DNA from: Octopus bimaculoides | Taxonomy: Eukaryota | Assembly: GCF_001194135.2 (NCBI RefSeq) | Contig: NC_069002.1 | Coordinates: 13,763,580 to 13,827,579, forward strand | Direction of reading: 5' to 3' | Length of the DNA stretch: 64,000 nucleotides | In this document: in pieces, positions 37,189 through 50,404 of the stretch | Position numbering within the stretch: position 1 is the first letter of the stretch | How the letters are laid out: each line of letters starts with the position of its first letter | The notes under the pieces: model-generated | Database searches by the model: none | Told to the model about the DNA's origin: nothing | What the model saw: only the letters and a program-made list of their open reading frames with translations | Made by a program: the position numbers and the translations under genes

Positions 37189-39608
37189 TTAAGGAATTTC
37201 CAACAGACCGTGTTTCCAGATGCTTCCTGCAGTTGGAAGGAGACACCAGTTATCTTATTTTCTTTACTGCCCACAGGGGGCTAAACATAGAGGGGACAAA
37301 CAAGAACGGACAAAGGGATTAAGTCGATTATATCAACCCCAGTGCATAACTGGTACTTAATTTATCGACCCCGAAAGGATGAAAGGCAAAGTCGACCTCG
37401 GCGGAATTTGAACTCAGAACATAAAGACAGACGTGCTGAATATTCAGCCTTCGCTGTAAAGATAGGAATACTGACAAAGGAGCCATGTCCAATATTTACT
37501 CTAAGCTTCATTGCACAGGTCTCTTCCTTTCCTACAGAAGTGGGTCAATCCTGTAACTAATTTGATTTTCAATGATTAAATACTTCCTGTTCTGTTCCTG
37601 TGTAGCCATGTTGTATTGGAGAGAGAGAAAAAGAGAGAGAAAGAAAGAAAGAGAGGTGGGAGAGGGGAGAGGAAGGGAGAATAATGAAGAAGAGAAGACA
37701 GGAAACTGGAAGACACGCAATATGTTTTAAATATTAATACAAATAGATTTGTAGCTCTACGATTGATTTACTAAACTCTGATGCGATGGAAGTGTGGCCA
37801 AATGTACCAAAAGCTTCCGGTTAGAACTCTACCTGTCAGCGATACAGGATAATAGCCATTGGCAGCATGGACTGAATGGAAGATGCTCCTGTCAGACCCT
37901 TGTGAGACTAAATGGGAGCTGCTTCTGTCAGAACCCCTGTGCAACTGAGCAATTCAGTCTGGAGAGAACCCCAGTGCATCTGAGCAATTCAGTCTGGGGT
38001 CCACTCCACTTGGGAAAGGGCCTAGAAAAGTGACATTAAACTCATCCATGCAATTCTTGGACAGGAAACTGTACCTGTCAGGACATTTCTCCAAATTGTA
38101 TCTGTAACCCACAAAGAAAAGAGAATAAGTCAATGCATCAATGAAAAATCTTATTTTTCATTTTACCTCAATTTTCATGATAAAAAATGAAAAGATTCCT
38201 TGATGATCAGCATTTGATGTTAATTTCATGTATAGTAAAATGATGGACCATTTCATAATTAGGATAAGTATAGTCTATATTTTAGTTGAGAGATTTTGTT
38301 CAGGGAAAAGAAAGTGATTGGTTTATCACAATGACAAAGGTTACCAAAATTGTAGTTCTGAAAATATCAGCCTTCATATGTAGAAAAACATCAGGGAGGA
38401 TAGAAGCTATGCATTAATTTTTAACATCAGTTATCTTTTTGGCAATAGAAAAATAGGACTTAATTCCAACAGAGAAGACATCCATTTGGAGATTTACCTA
38501 CACAAACCTAATTGTCATGGTTATTAAGTATTGCTAAGAGTTGACTAATTAATCAGAGATGTCAGGGTGATTATGATTAATTTCAAGTTTGTATCCTAAG
38601 TGATAAATGGATGTCTGATACAGAAGGCATTTGTTATTGATCAATAAAATATTGAGTATTGCAGTACCTGATATAAATTGAATCAAGTCTCAACCTCATT
38701 CTCTGCAATAGTTTTCACTTGGTAACACTTGAAACACCCTTAAGCTAAAATACTAGTGTATATAACATTTATAATGTTAATAGAAATGTAGAACAATACT
38801 AGCTGTGAAAACTTTGCAAAGGCACTGGTGTGTTAAAAACTCAGAGTGAGTGGTGAAACACCAGACACCAGTGCTTCAACCTGATTTGGCCTCCTCTGTG
38901 ACAAATACCTTGGATGTTTTGAGCTAGGCTGAAAAATGCCTGTTCTGCTATACATATCCCTGAGGAGGGGAATCTGATAGAATGACTACTTACAAATGTA
39001 ATTTACTGTGCAATTTATTGTGGGGAATAAAATGTATGAGACCTTTAATGTTAGGATGTAAAAAGGTAACTAAAAAGCTGTAAAGGATTATCATTTGTGA
39101 ATAGTTAATAGCAAAATGTTTGCTATTGTCATTTGTGTTTGTAGCACAGAGATAAATAAGAGCTCATTAATATATCGTCATAAAGAAGCTGTTTATTCTC
39201 TCTTTTAATAAATATTTCATGGAGTAGGGAGAAACAGTGATATTTAGTAGCAATGAATTAGTTATTGTATAGAAAGAGGAAAATACGATGAGGGGTTGCC
39301 AACAAGTTGAACACAAGTCAGGCAAAATATTTTAATGCACCATCTTGTAAAAATAATAATCAAAGTGTTTGAAACTCAGAAAAATGAAGTAAGAGACTGT
39401 TTAAGGTTGGGATATCAGAACATTTTGAAGACACCAGAAAGATATTAAAAGTAAAAAAATCTTTGCAAATATTCTCATTTATGAAATTGCAACATTATCC
39501 AAGTCAAATATGAATATGTTGATTCGCCATATATTTTTACGTACACACACCGTGTATATCGTTGGCGATTTTTTCTTCCTCCGTCTTCCCTTCTTTGGAC
39601 TTTCTTAT

Positions 39609-39643
39609 ATTTCCGACGAAGAGCTCTGCTCGAAACGTCAAAT
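39609..39643 (+). ncRNA. Minimal hammerhead-like motif with U4C core variant
   Basis: ATTT-CCGACGA-A-GAGC(TCT)GCTC-GAAA-C-GTC-AAAT. Confidence 0.55.
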
Positions 39644-40067
39644 TCTCTTTCTTTCCTTTCCCAAGCATCCAGTAACACAATATCTGTATCACGTCCTTGC
39701 ATTGTTATTTTTTTGTTGTTTTTTTTGTCATTTTTCTTTTTGAACTCACTATATACATAGATAGTTTGACAGACAGACAGATAAATATCTAAAAGAACAA
39801 ACAAATGTAAAGAAAGCAAGGGAGCTTTGTAGAGCCGATGAGATTAAGTAAAAAAAATAGGAGGTGGTGGGGGGTATTGTCTGTTTTGAAATTTTAGGCA
39901 TGTTTCAGCCTCAGTGCATTGTAAGTGCTTCATGGGTTGAGTGCTGTTACCCTCCAACCCCCTCACACACTCTCTCCAGTCCTGTAAACAATTTTGTTTC
40001 TCACACACTACATAATCTCTGTGTAGGTATGTTGCTGTGACAACAATATATCAGAAACACAGAGAGA

Positions 40068-40116
<49 letters not shown>

Positions 40117-41279
40117 GTAATAAGGAGAAAGAAGAGAAGGAAGAGCAAGGGAAGTGTATACAGTATATTTTAAATATTCATATCAGGAGATTTGATAGCT
40201 TGACCATTGACTGAGCAGAGGATACAGAGTAGACAATAGGTGAGAGAAATAGAAGCCACACATGAATAAGCAATCCATAACTACATACATACATACAGAC
40301 AGACAGACAGATAGACATGTATGTATAGGTAAAGGTATAGTTACCTTCTTGAGTCATGCTGACTCACAAGGGCTGGTTTCCCCAGTTTCATGGCATATAA
40401 ATTCCCCACCTCCCACCTGGATGAGATGCCAGTCTGTTGTAGGATTACTCATTTTTGCCAGCTGAGTGAACTGGAGTAACATGAAATGAAGTGTTTTGCT
40501 CAAGAACACATGTCGCCTGGTCCAGGAATCAACACCACAATGTTATGATCATGAGTCCAACACCCTAACCCCTAAGCCATATGCCTCCACATGTATGTAT
40601 ATATGTACATGCATGCATTTATCATCATCATCAACATTACATGTGTGTTTCCCATGCTAGCATAAGTTGGTTGGTTTGACAAGAGCTGATAAGCCAGAGG
40701 GACGTGCCAAACACCAATGTCAGCTTTGGCATGGTTTCTACAGCTGGACGCCCTTCCCAACACCAACCACTTTAAAGAGGTTACTGGGTGCTTTTTTGTG
40801 ACATTGACACCAGTGAGGTCACCATGAAACTCAACTCACAAAATAAGAACCACAACTGAGGGCTGTGCAGTACTGAGGGAGGTGACTTTATGCCAGGTGA
40901 TGAGAGGTTAAATTATAATTGAGGGACAGGAACAGGTGTCTTGCTGTGGGGGAAATACATGGTTACCCCAAATGGAAAAGGGAGTCGATGACAGTGTTGA
41001 TGTGTCAGGGTGCATCCTCAAGTGACAGAGAGGTGAATATAAGAAAAGAGGTACAGAAGGAGGTTGGATAGGGTGACTGGGTAAATAAGTTGTCAAGAGT
41101 GTGAAAGGATAGAAGGAGATGGATTGAGATGGTGAACACAGGTAGATTGGGTGGGGTGGTGGTGGAGATAGGAGTGGATCAGGGAGGTGATACAAGATAG
41201 AAGAGGTGATGTTAAGTGTGTGGGGTGATACACATGCACACACACACACACACATATATATATATCACCTCACACACTA

Positions 41280-41499
41280 TACAAAGGGCTGCAGAAAAGT
41301 TCCTGGCTTTGGGTAAAAGAAAATACAAGAGGATCATTTAAGTATGATTTTATCCAACATATTCCCCTCTCAGATCCAAACACTTATTGTAGCAGTCCTT
41401 CAGTTTTTCTAAGCCTTGTAAAAGGACTTGGAAGGTTGGGTCTCCAGCCAGGATTTTGTGATAGCCTTAAAGCCAGGAACTTTTCCGCATCTCCTCATA
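41280..41499 (-). mobile_element. Mariner-derived MITE, same family, reverse orientation
   Basis: TACAAAGGGCTGCAGAAAAGTTCCTGGC...AGCCAGGAACTTTTCCGCATCTCCTCATA; an extra TIR stub follows at about 41502-41520. Confidence 0.78.
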
Positions 41500-41583
41500 T
41501 ATATGAGGAGTTGCTGAAAATAACAACACTGATAAAGTGAAAAAAAAAAGTAAGTAAAGCCTTAACAAGAGATTAAATGGAAG

Positions 41584-41625
41584 TAACTTTGACGTTTCAA
41601 ACCTAAGTTCTTTTTCAGAAAGTTA
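41584..41625 (-). ncRNA. Degenerate hammerhead-like motif (G8A)
   Basis: TAACTTT-CTGAAAA-A-GAAC(TTAG)GTTT-GAAA-C-GTC-AAAGTTA; 7-bp stem I. Confidence 0.5.
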
Positions 41626-43719
41626 GATAAATGGATGGATGGATAAGGTGGGGTGTAGGTGAAGGAAACAAAACGGATGCGATGAAGAAATATGTGCTGT
41701 TCTCTATTAAGCAGTTTTGAATGTTTCAGAGGTTGAATGACCCTATGTAAGCTGGAAGCAATGAGGTTTCATGGAACTATGATCTTTGTGTAAAAAACAC
41801 ACTCACACATACATCAGAAACTTTCTATATAGTACTTATTGCTTATAAAATATACGATAAAATTACTAAGTCAGTTTAATTAGTTTTAGTTATTACAGGC
41901 TTCTTCGTTTGCTCATAAAATATTATTTACACTACACATGAGTGAAAACTCCGAATATCTACAAAGATCTTAATGAGTGCTGTTTTATATTGATAAAATA
42001 TATCATAAAATAGTTACTAACTCAGTTTAATCGTATTTAGAATTTGTAAATTGTGTGAAGAACCTAGCATGTTGTTCCTTCTGTTTTGTACAAGAGGTTG
42101 TTGCTTACATGTAGATCCATCAATTTTACCACATTAATTAGTGTGGTAGTCCCAACTTTTCTAATTGTCAAATGGATCTATTCCATTCCATACAACAGAT
42201 TCGAATGTGTTTCGAAAATTTCTATACCAGTGTAGTTTTTTTTAATGTTAATTGAGGTAATCGTAACTATAGTTTTGTAGAAATTAATAATAAAAGAGTT
42301 AACCCTCAAGTATGGATTTGCAAGTAAATAAATAAATGAATAAATAAATAAATAAAGCGAAACCAAGCAACCAGATACAACGCAGTTACGGAAAACAAAA
42401 ATTTATCCGCTGGCCGCATCACAGTCGTAAAAATAATATCGTTCCGCCAACTCTAAACGCACTATAAACCGGAACTCGTGCTTTCTTCTGTTGCAAACTT
42501 ATGTAAATATTTTTGTTTACTTTTCGAAATGAATTGTCAATTTGTTATTAACTTTACGTGTATCTTTTATATCTTTTCAATGAGAAATGTTTTGTCTTTT
42601 TTTTTTTAATTATGCAACCTTTATAAATTAACAAAATAATGCTGTTGAGATATGAAAACAGAAATCTGTCATAATGATGTTTAATAATTTACTTTTATGC
42701 ATTTNNNNNNNNNNNNNNNNNNNNNNNNNNNNNNNNNNNNNNNNNNNNNNNNNNNNNNNNNNNNNNNNNNNNNNNNNNNNNNNNNNNNNNNNNNNNNNNN
42801 NNNNNNNNNNNNNNNNNNNNNNNNNNNNNNNNNNAGACAGCAGTTGACCTCAGCAGGATTCGAACCCTGAACCTAAACGGCCGTAACCATGTTTCGTTTC
42901 GTTTATTCAAGATAACCAAATCTAGTTTTGAATAACATTCCCGTTTTCAGCTTCCCAATATTTCCAATCTAGTACTTATATGTGCTTACAGCGAAAGATG
43001 ATCACCTACATGAGTCATTGACTGTTATTTCAACTGGATCGTCCCTGGGACATTGAAAGACAGCAGTTGACCTCAGCAGGATTCGAACCCTGAACATAAA
43101 CGGCCGTAACCATGCACCTCTCTATTTTCCGAGTTCATCCACGGCTATTCGAACTGCAGTTGATATGTAAGTATTATTACAAACATATCAAATTATTATA
43201 TTTTACTCGAAACAGGGTTTATGTCTAGGAAAAGGTTTACCTAATGCTTCCTTCGGTTTTAAATTATAGACTGATGTGATATAGCTGCTATTTCTAGTTA
43301 ATCGATTTACCTTGTCCAGGCTTCGTCGTTCACTTTGATACTTTGGTTAACGGGTCAAGATATAAACATTAACCGATACTTTTGTTTGGTTTAGAATATT
43401 CTAAGAAATACATTGGAACGAGCGAAGTGTTTTAAAACCGATACCTTACTAAGGACCGCTACTTTATTTAGTAAAAAATACAATTAATATTTTGAGACAT
43501 TTTAAAATTTCTCGTTCCATTTTAAGATAGAAGCTTAAATTAAAGTAAAAAGGTTCATTTGAAACTAATGCTATTTGATACACAAGCAGAAGCGATTCAG
43601 CTGAAAAACAATTAAAGAAACAAATTTTTTACTGAAATTGCCGAGCAAATTATTTCAGTTTTGATAGACTTTCTCCGAAAGATCGCTGATTAATGTATGG
43701 TTTCTGTTTTAAGATTCAG

Positions 43720-43862
43720 CAGTCTTTCGGTACTTGCATATGACGTCAGTTATGGATGAGTGTGTGTTTGTTCAACTCTGTCGAGCAGACGAATCATATT
43801 CCACACTCATGACGTCATAGACTTATCGAAATATTGTCAATTTATTTAACTTACAGGTAAAT
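43720..43862 (+). promoter_or_regulatory. Candidate promoter/first exon of the 46286 ZNF gene
   Basis: Two TGACGTCA (43741-43748, 43810-43817) followed by a CAG/GTAAAT donor near 43856. Confidence 0.4.
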
Positions 43863-46285
43863 ACCCTCAAGACTATTGGGGGGATCTTATCTTACAAGAA
43901 AAATTATTGGCAATCATTCGTTGTTGGTCTCAGAACTGTTTGTTCGTTAGTTTCCATAAACTTTTAAAAATTTATTTACTTTTGGTTTCATGACGTGTCG
44001 AAGTCGGTGGAAAGTGAAAGAGATGGGTGAACGCGCGCGTATGTCCGTGTCTATGAAAGATAATGGGTGTATGTGTGTGTGAGTGAGCGTGTTCAGCTTT
44101 ATATATTTGTATTCACTCGCACACACACACTCATTATCTTTTATATACACGTACGTACATAAATACACACGTACACTCGTAATTTTTCATAGATATGGAC
44201 ATACACACGCGCGCATACACGTCTCTTTCCTCTTTGTCTTTCCCGACTTCAAAGCAAATGTCGCCTTCGACACCATAAGTAAATAAATAAGGCAATTACG
44301 GAATCTAACGAACAAACAGTTGTAAACATTGACAGCACCAAGACCAACAACGAATGATTACCAAAATATTCTCCTAGACACGTGTTGCCAAACATTTACC
44401 AAACTCTTATTAGTTGTCATCTTGGCTCTAATATTATGTTGTTGTTGTTGTTATATAGTGGCGGTTGGTGAGGAGTGATAAAAAATTACAAATGACGATT
44501 GTGAAAAAGAAGATACATATGTCTAGACATACTAATTCCCTCTGTGGAATTACTCAAGTTTCCAAGTGTTTACACATGTATATACTTGCCCTTAATCAAA
44601 TTTTAATTTTCATCTTGACATTCTGTTTAAATTTTTGTTGACGCTAGAATTATCGAATAGTTTTGAAAGAGCTTAAGTTGAATAACTGAATAAAATAAAC
44701 ACTCACGTGTATAAATATATATACACTCATACACATGTTTGCATATAGGGATGGCACTCTGTCGGCTATGATGACGGATATTCCAGTTGATCTGATCAAT
44801 GAAACAACCTCCCAGTGAAATATTTTTCTATTCTAAGCACAAGGCCTGAAATTTTGGGGGAGGGGACCAGTCTATTAGATTTACTCCAGTACGCAACTGG
44901 TACTTGATTTATTGACACCGAAAGGATGAAAGGCAAAGTCGACCTCGGCTGAATTTGAACTCAGTACGTTAAGGCAGATGAAATACCCGGCGTGCTAACG
45001 TTTCTGGCAGCTTGCCGCCTTAACCTGCCCATGAAATTAACATGCAAGTGGCTGAGCACTCCACAGACATGTGTACCTTTAATGTTTAATGTAGTTCTCA
45101 GGGAGATTCAGCGTGACACAGAATGTTACAGGACTGGCCCTTTGCAATATAGGTACAACTCATTTTTGCCAGCTGAGTGGGCTGAAGCAATGTGAAATAA
45201 AGTGCCTTGCTCAAGGATACAATGTGCTGTCGGGAATCAAACTCATAACCTTATGATCATGATCCGAATACCCTAACCACTAAACCACATGCTGTCACAT
45301 TGCACAAGTATACATGCACACATGCATAGCCACATTCTAGAGAAGCACAGAAACCACACAAACAAAAATAACTGCAACATCCATAGCCTTTCTAAGCTGA
45401 AGGCATGTGTTGAGATGTACACTATTGACTATGTGTACAGGGAGGAAAATGTCTTCAACATAAATGACCGAATCAAAAAGGCTAACTTTTGTCTTCAGTT
45501 TCAGAGAATACTTCAAACTCCAACATACTTAACATCTCTAAAGCTCAGGTTACCCAACTGATTGGCATGTAGTTGATTACCTACATACTCAAATCTCTGG
45601 AACACAAATGTGGTTTGTTCTCTCTCTCTCTTTACTACTACTACTACTACTACTACTGTAGTCCCAGTGAAAGCACATGGCCTAGTAGTTAGGGTGTCAA
45701 ACTCATGATCATAAAATTGTGCTTCAGCCTGCAGAATTAAAGACTTCACTCAAGATTGAATGATATAATTTTAATATCCAATGGAAAAATACAGTTCACT
45801 TGTTCAGGTAAATGGTTTATATCTACAAGTCTTTTCAGTATCGAAATATGATAAAATTTCTACTTTTGCATCTCTACTCTTTAAGTATTCCCTTGTAACT
45901 TACGCCTTTTCTTTATTATTTCAGAATAGAAAATAACATTGTTTACACGAGAGACATCATGAATATTTGTCATTTCTTTAAGACTACATGGACAGACTAA
46001 ATATAACCTTGATTGTTATATAAGTCTATGGAAGAATTACTGTGAAATATTTCCTCTCTAATTGAGATTATTCATAAAATTTCTCTCTTTCACTGACTGG
46101 AATGGTATACAAGACGATTTTGTATTCTAATAAAACTTGGACAAATATCAGAGGAGTAGACAACATCTTTAGATATTAACATAGATTACATTTGAGTGAA
46201 ATTAAGCAATAAAAGTGTTTTCTAGAGATAAAACAAAAGTGAAAAGAAGAGAATATCAGTATATAGTGGTGGGAGAAGAAATAAT

Positions 46286-47209
46286 ATGAAGAATGAATTA
46301 TGTGAGAATGATTTGAGAAAAATAAATTTTATTGATGAGATGGGGAAAGTGACAGGGAAAACATCATACCAATGTGATATCTGTAAACAGTTATTCTCTG
46401 AAAAATGTAATCTTATGACACACAAATGCATTCTTACAGGAGAGAAACCATATTGTGATATTTGTGGTAAAACATTTTCTCGTGTAATTACCTTAACAAA
46501 CCATAAACGTGTTCACACTGGAGAGAAGCCATATATGTGTGATATTTGTAATAAATCATTCTCCCATTTAATTACACTCACTAACCATAAACGTATTCAT
46601 ACAGGAGAAAAACCATATCATTGTGATATTTGTAGTAAATCGTTTTCTGATGGGTCTAATTTAACTAAACACAAACGTGTTCATACAGGAGAGAAGCCGT
46701 ATCACTGTAATATCTGTGGTAAATCTTTCTCTCAAACAAATAAATTAGCTAGTCACATACACACTCATACGGGAGAGAAACCATATCACTGTGATATCTG
46801 TGGTAAGTCATTCTCTCTTATAACTACCTTAACTAACCACAGACGTGTTCATACAGGAGAGAAACCATATCACTGTGATATTTGTGGTAAATCCTTCTCT
46901 ACTCCAGGTAACTTAAATAACCACAAACACATTCATACAGGAGAGAAACCATACCACTGTGATATCTGTGATAAGTCATTCTCTGATCCAGGCAACTTAA
47001 CTAAACACAAACATATTCATACAGGAGAGAAGCCATATCACTGTGAAATCTGTGGTAAGTCATTCTCTCGAAATGGTACTTTAACTAACCACATACGTAT
47101 TCATACAGGAGAAAAACCATATCACTGTGATATCTGTGGAAAATCTTTCTCTCAAAGAAGCCACTTAACTAGACATGTATGTGGTTGTACAGAACAGTTA
47201 TGGCATTAA
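46286..47209 (+). CDS. C2H2 zinc finger protein (307 aa)
   Basis: MKNELCE leader, 1 degenerate + 8 canonical fingers with TGEKPY linkers, and a terminal finger lacking its last His. Confidence 0.93.
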   Translation: MKNELCENDLRKINFIDEMGKVTGKTSYQCDICKQLFSEKCNLMTHKCILTGEKPYCDICGKTFSRVITLTNHKRVHTGEKPYMCDICNKSFSHLITLTNHKRIHTGEKPYHCDICSKSFSDGSNLTKHKRVHTGEKPYHCNICGKSFSQTNKLASHIHTHTGEKPYHCDICGKSFSLITTLTNHRRVHTGEKPYHCDICGKSFSTPGNLNNHKHIHTGEKPYHCDICDKSFSDPGNLTKHKHIHTGEKPYHCEICGKSFSRNGTLTNHIRIHTGEKPYHCDICGKSFSQRSHLTRHVCGCTEQLWH

Positions 47210-48040
47210 TGTTAAAATCCTTCTATTAAAAAAAAATAAATATAATCTTAAACAAGGAAGAAGATATTGTTGTGATGTCAACCTCTCAGCACTATATTTC
47301 ATACAATGGTTTGAAAAACCAGCTTTTGGTGAAACTTAGAAGTAACTGTCATCCTTTTTTTTATAATAAAAGTTTGATTGTATCTCATGTATGGATTCCT
47401 TTGTTCACTTAATGCATATTGTTTTTATATATTCAAGAAACTCTGCCAAATCAGATTGGAGCCTGGTGTAGCCATCTGGTTTTACCAGTCCTCAGTCAAA
47501 TCGTCCAACCCATGCTAGCATAGAAAGCGGACGTTAAACGACGATGATGATGATGATGAAGAAGACTTAAATATAAGCAGCCAGAATTGTTAGCATGCCA
47601 GGTGAAATACTTAGTAGTACTTTGTCTGATGGGTACAAATTCCATCAAGGTTAACTTAGCCTTTCATCCTTTTGTGGTCAATGAAATAAGTGCCAGTTGA
47701 GCTCTGGGGTCAATGTAATCAACTTAAATACTCCTTGGTATGAGTATAAAAACTACATCTTTCTATTAAGCCATATCAAGCTAGTGAGGCAGAGTTGGCT
47801 CAACAAACCAGTATGATATCAGGCTCAAATTCACAGCCTCCATATTGGATTTTGGTGGGTGGAGAGAACATGCTGAGGCCTTCATCCTGCAGTAGACTGA
47901 ATATAGGCAACCCAATTCAATCCAAGAACACTTATACGAATTAGTATTGTATACTAGTATACTGATTCAGTTGCAAAGTGTTCAGTAAAGTTATTTGGTT
48001 GCAGACCTCCTTTGAGTCTTTTTATTATCCTCCGCTATTT

Positions 48041-48190
48041 GGAACTCTCCAGGAAGTAATTCTTCCCTTTATTGGAACTTTCCAGTAAGTAATTCCTCCC
48101 CTTGGAACTTTCCAGGAAGTAATTCATCCCCCTCGGAACTTTCCGGGAAATAATTCCTCCTCTTTCTCGATACTTTCCAGGAAGTAATTC
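48041..48190 (+). repeat. Minisatellite, 5 units of about 30-35 bp (core GGAACTTTCCAGGAAGTAATTC)
   Basis: Units start at 48041, 48074, 48104, 48135 and about 48169. Confidence 0.9.
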
Positions 48191-49368
48191 AACCTCGGTA
48201 CTTAATTTATCGATCCTGGCAGCAGTACAGGCAGAGAAGCATAGGAAAAAAAAAAAGCTGCACTAATAATTGTTAATAGGGACACGAAGAAAAAATGGGC
48301 AATTCCTACACAAATATATTTAAAAGAATGAAAGAGGTACAAAAACACATGGTGAATGAAAATGAATCGGATATTTCTGTATCCGAAACCGAAAGCAGCG
48401 ATTCTGAAGAAACTGAAAGCGGCAACAGGATGATTTACACTAGAATGGAGTAAAAACTTTAAAAATGTTTTTATTTACAATTTTTCTGAGGAGACAGGGT
48501 CTACCCACAGTCTTTCTGCTGAAACAAACTGTTATGCAGTATGTAAACAAGCTGGAAAAAAAAGATAGCTTGTGGTTACCCACAACCGTAGAAGAACTGG
48601 GGATGAGCTACAATGCAGCTGTGGACTGAACCCAGTTCAAATGACAAGCGAAAAGGAAACGAAAATAATTTCCCAAACAAAATAAATTGGAAAAATAGAA
48701 AAAAAATAACCAATAACTGAAACGATTAAATTATACACACGTGTCTCAAATGAAATATGTCATTAATAACAGTGACAATTATTTTTTAAAATCTGCCGGC
48801 CAAAGGGAAGTGTCAGAAATAGCAGTGACAAACTAAATATACACCGCCGGAACATCTTGTTGACAAACCACAGCAGTAATTGTTTTCACCTCAATAGACG
48901 TCATTGATTGGTTGAAATTACCGAAATACGACAACTTTAACACGAAATAACTTCGAAAATACGCAATTTTCTCAAAAACGCCAAGAGTAAATGATGTTTT
49001 ATGTGACACATTCTACCAGTATCCGAGTTTTGAAAGTGTTTAGTTACAAAAAATTATTTTTTTAAATGTGCCGGCCAAAAGGTAAAGATTCGATTACGAT
49101 TATAGTTCTCCAGTAATTTTCTTTCGTGTAAATAAATATTTATGTTAGTTAAAAAAAAATCTGTAAACATAGATCTTCACTGCAGTTATAAAGTTAGTCC
49201 GCAGAGAAAGGATTTCCGGTTAGACAGAAAATAGAATCAGAACTTGGATGGCTAATTTGCTTTCTCTCTCTTTTTGTAGATGGTTGATACAGAAGAAACA
49301 TTTCAACACACATTCGTTTGGAATTATTTTTATGTATAGCTTAACCCCGAAATAGAAAATACCCAATC

Positions 49369-49626
49369 ATGAAAAGCGAGAACGTCATTGCACTGAAGCA
49401 ACCACGATTCTGGCCAAAGCTGGGCGTGGCATGGTTCGCAAAAGCTGAAACAGATTTCAACATCAAGAAGATCACTTCGGGCCTGACAAAACATTCCTAC
49501 GTAACAGTAATCCTGAATGAGGATATAACAACAAGGATGCTAGACATCCTAACTAGACCACCGGCTACAAATAGACTCCGAGAAAGATTCCGGCTTCTGA
49601 ACCAATGGACAAGAATCTGGCATTAG
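49369..49626 (+). mobile_element. Ty3/Gypsy gag N-terminal fragment (85-codon ORF)
   Basis: ALKQPRFWP...WFAKAETDFNIKKITS..TKHSYV..L...DILTRPP matches the 'KLPPFW..P..WF.Q.E..F...IT...TK..YV...PP' gag pattern. Confidence 0.75.
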
Positions 49627-49929
49627 TGCCCGTTGGTGAGTCGCATTTTTTTGCTTCGAGATTAAGGACTTACGACAGTTAGCGAAAACGGATGATAAAC
49701 TTTAAAATGCATTGTATAGTCCCTCCTTTTCTCCTCTTTAGTGGTTAAAAGAGAAAAAAACCATATATAGATACAGGATGGGCTTCTTTCAGTTTCTGTC
49801 TACCAAATGCACTCACAAGGCTTGCCCAAGGTGCCATGCAGTGGGACTGAACCCGGAACCACACAGCCACTCCTGCACCTATCTTAAATGTCTTGTTTTT
49901 ATATTATTCATGCTTAATATTCAAATTTT

Positions 49930-50101
49930 ATCTCTCTGTCTGTCTCTCTCTTGCTCTGTCTCTTACCCTCTCTCTCGCCTCCTCTTTATCACCCCCTCTC
50001 TCTCTCACTGTCTCTCTTGCACACTCTCTCGTCTCCTTTTTCTCTCTCTCCCCCTCTCACTTGCCTCTTCTTTCTCTCTCTCTTGCTCGCTGTCTCTTAC
50101 C

Positions 50102-50178
<77 letters not shown>
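49930..50178. repeat. (CT)n microsatellite splitting the Gypsy relic
   Basis: Read directly. Confidence 0.92.
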
Positions 50179-50181
<3 letters not shown>

Positions 50182-50404
50182 AACACGTAAAATACTTAAA
50201 AACAGAACAGGCGCAGACAAGAACAAGCACGCACACACAACCCGTTAGCTTTCTTCTCTTCCTATTTCCGTAACTGTCACGGAGATATCCGAAGTGAATT
50301 GTCGAGTTATATAGAAGATATCCGAACTGAAATGTCAAATGTTGTCGAGTTATATCGAAGGGATGTCCCCCCCCTTTTTTTTTCTGACAGGGTTACGATC
50401 AACG

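Noticed and set aside
42835-43113. About 56-bp direct repeat (42835-42890 and 43058-43113)
   Set aside because: The first copy abuts an N gap, so an assembly overlap cannot be excluded; the sequence looks like a SINE-head fragment.
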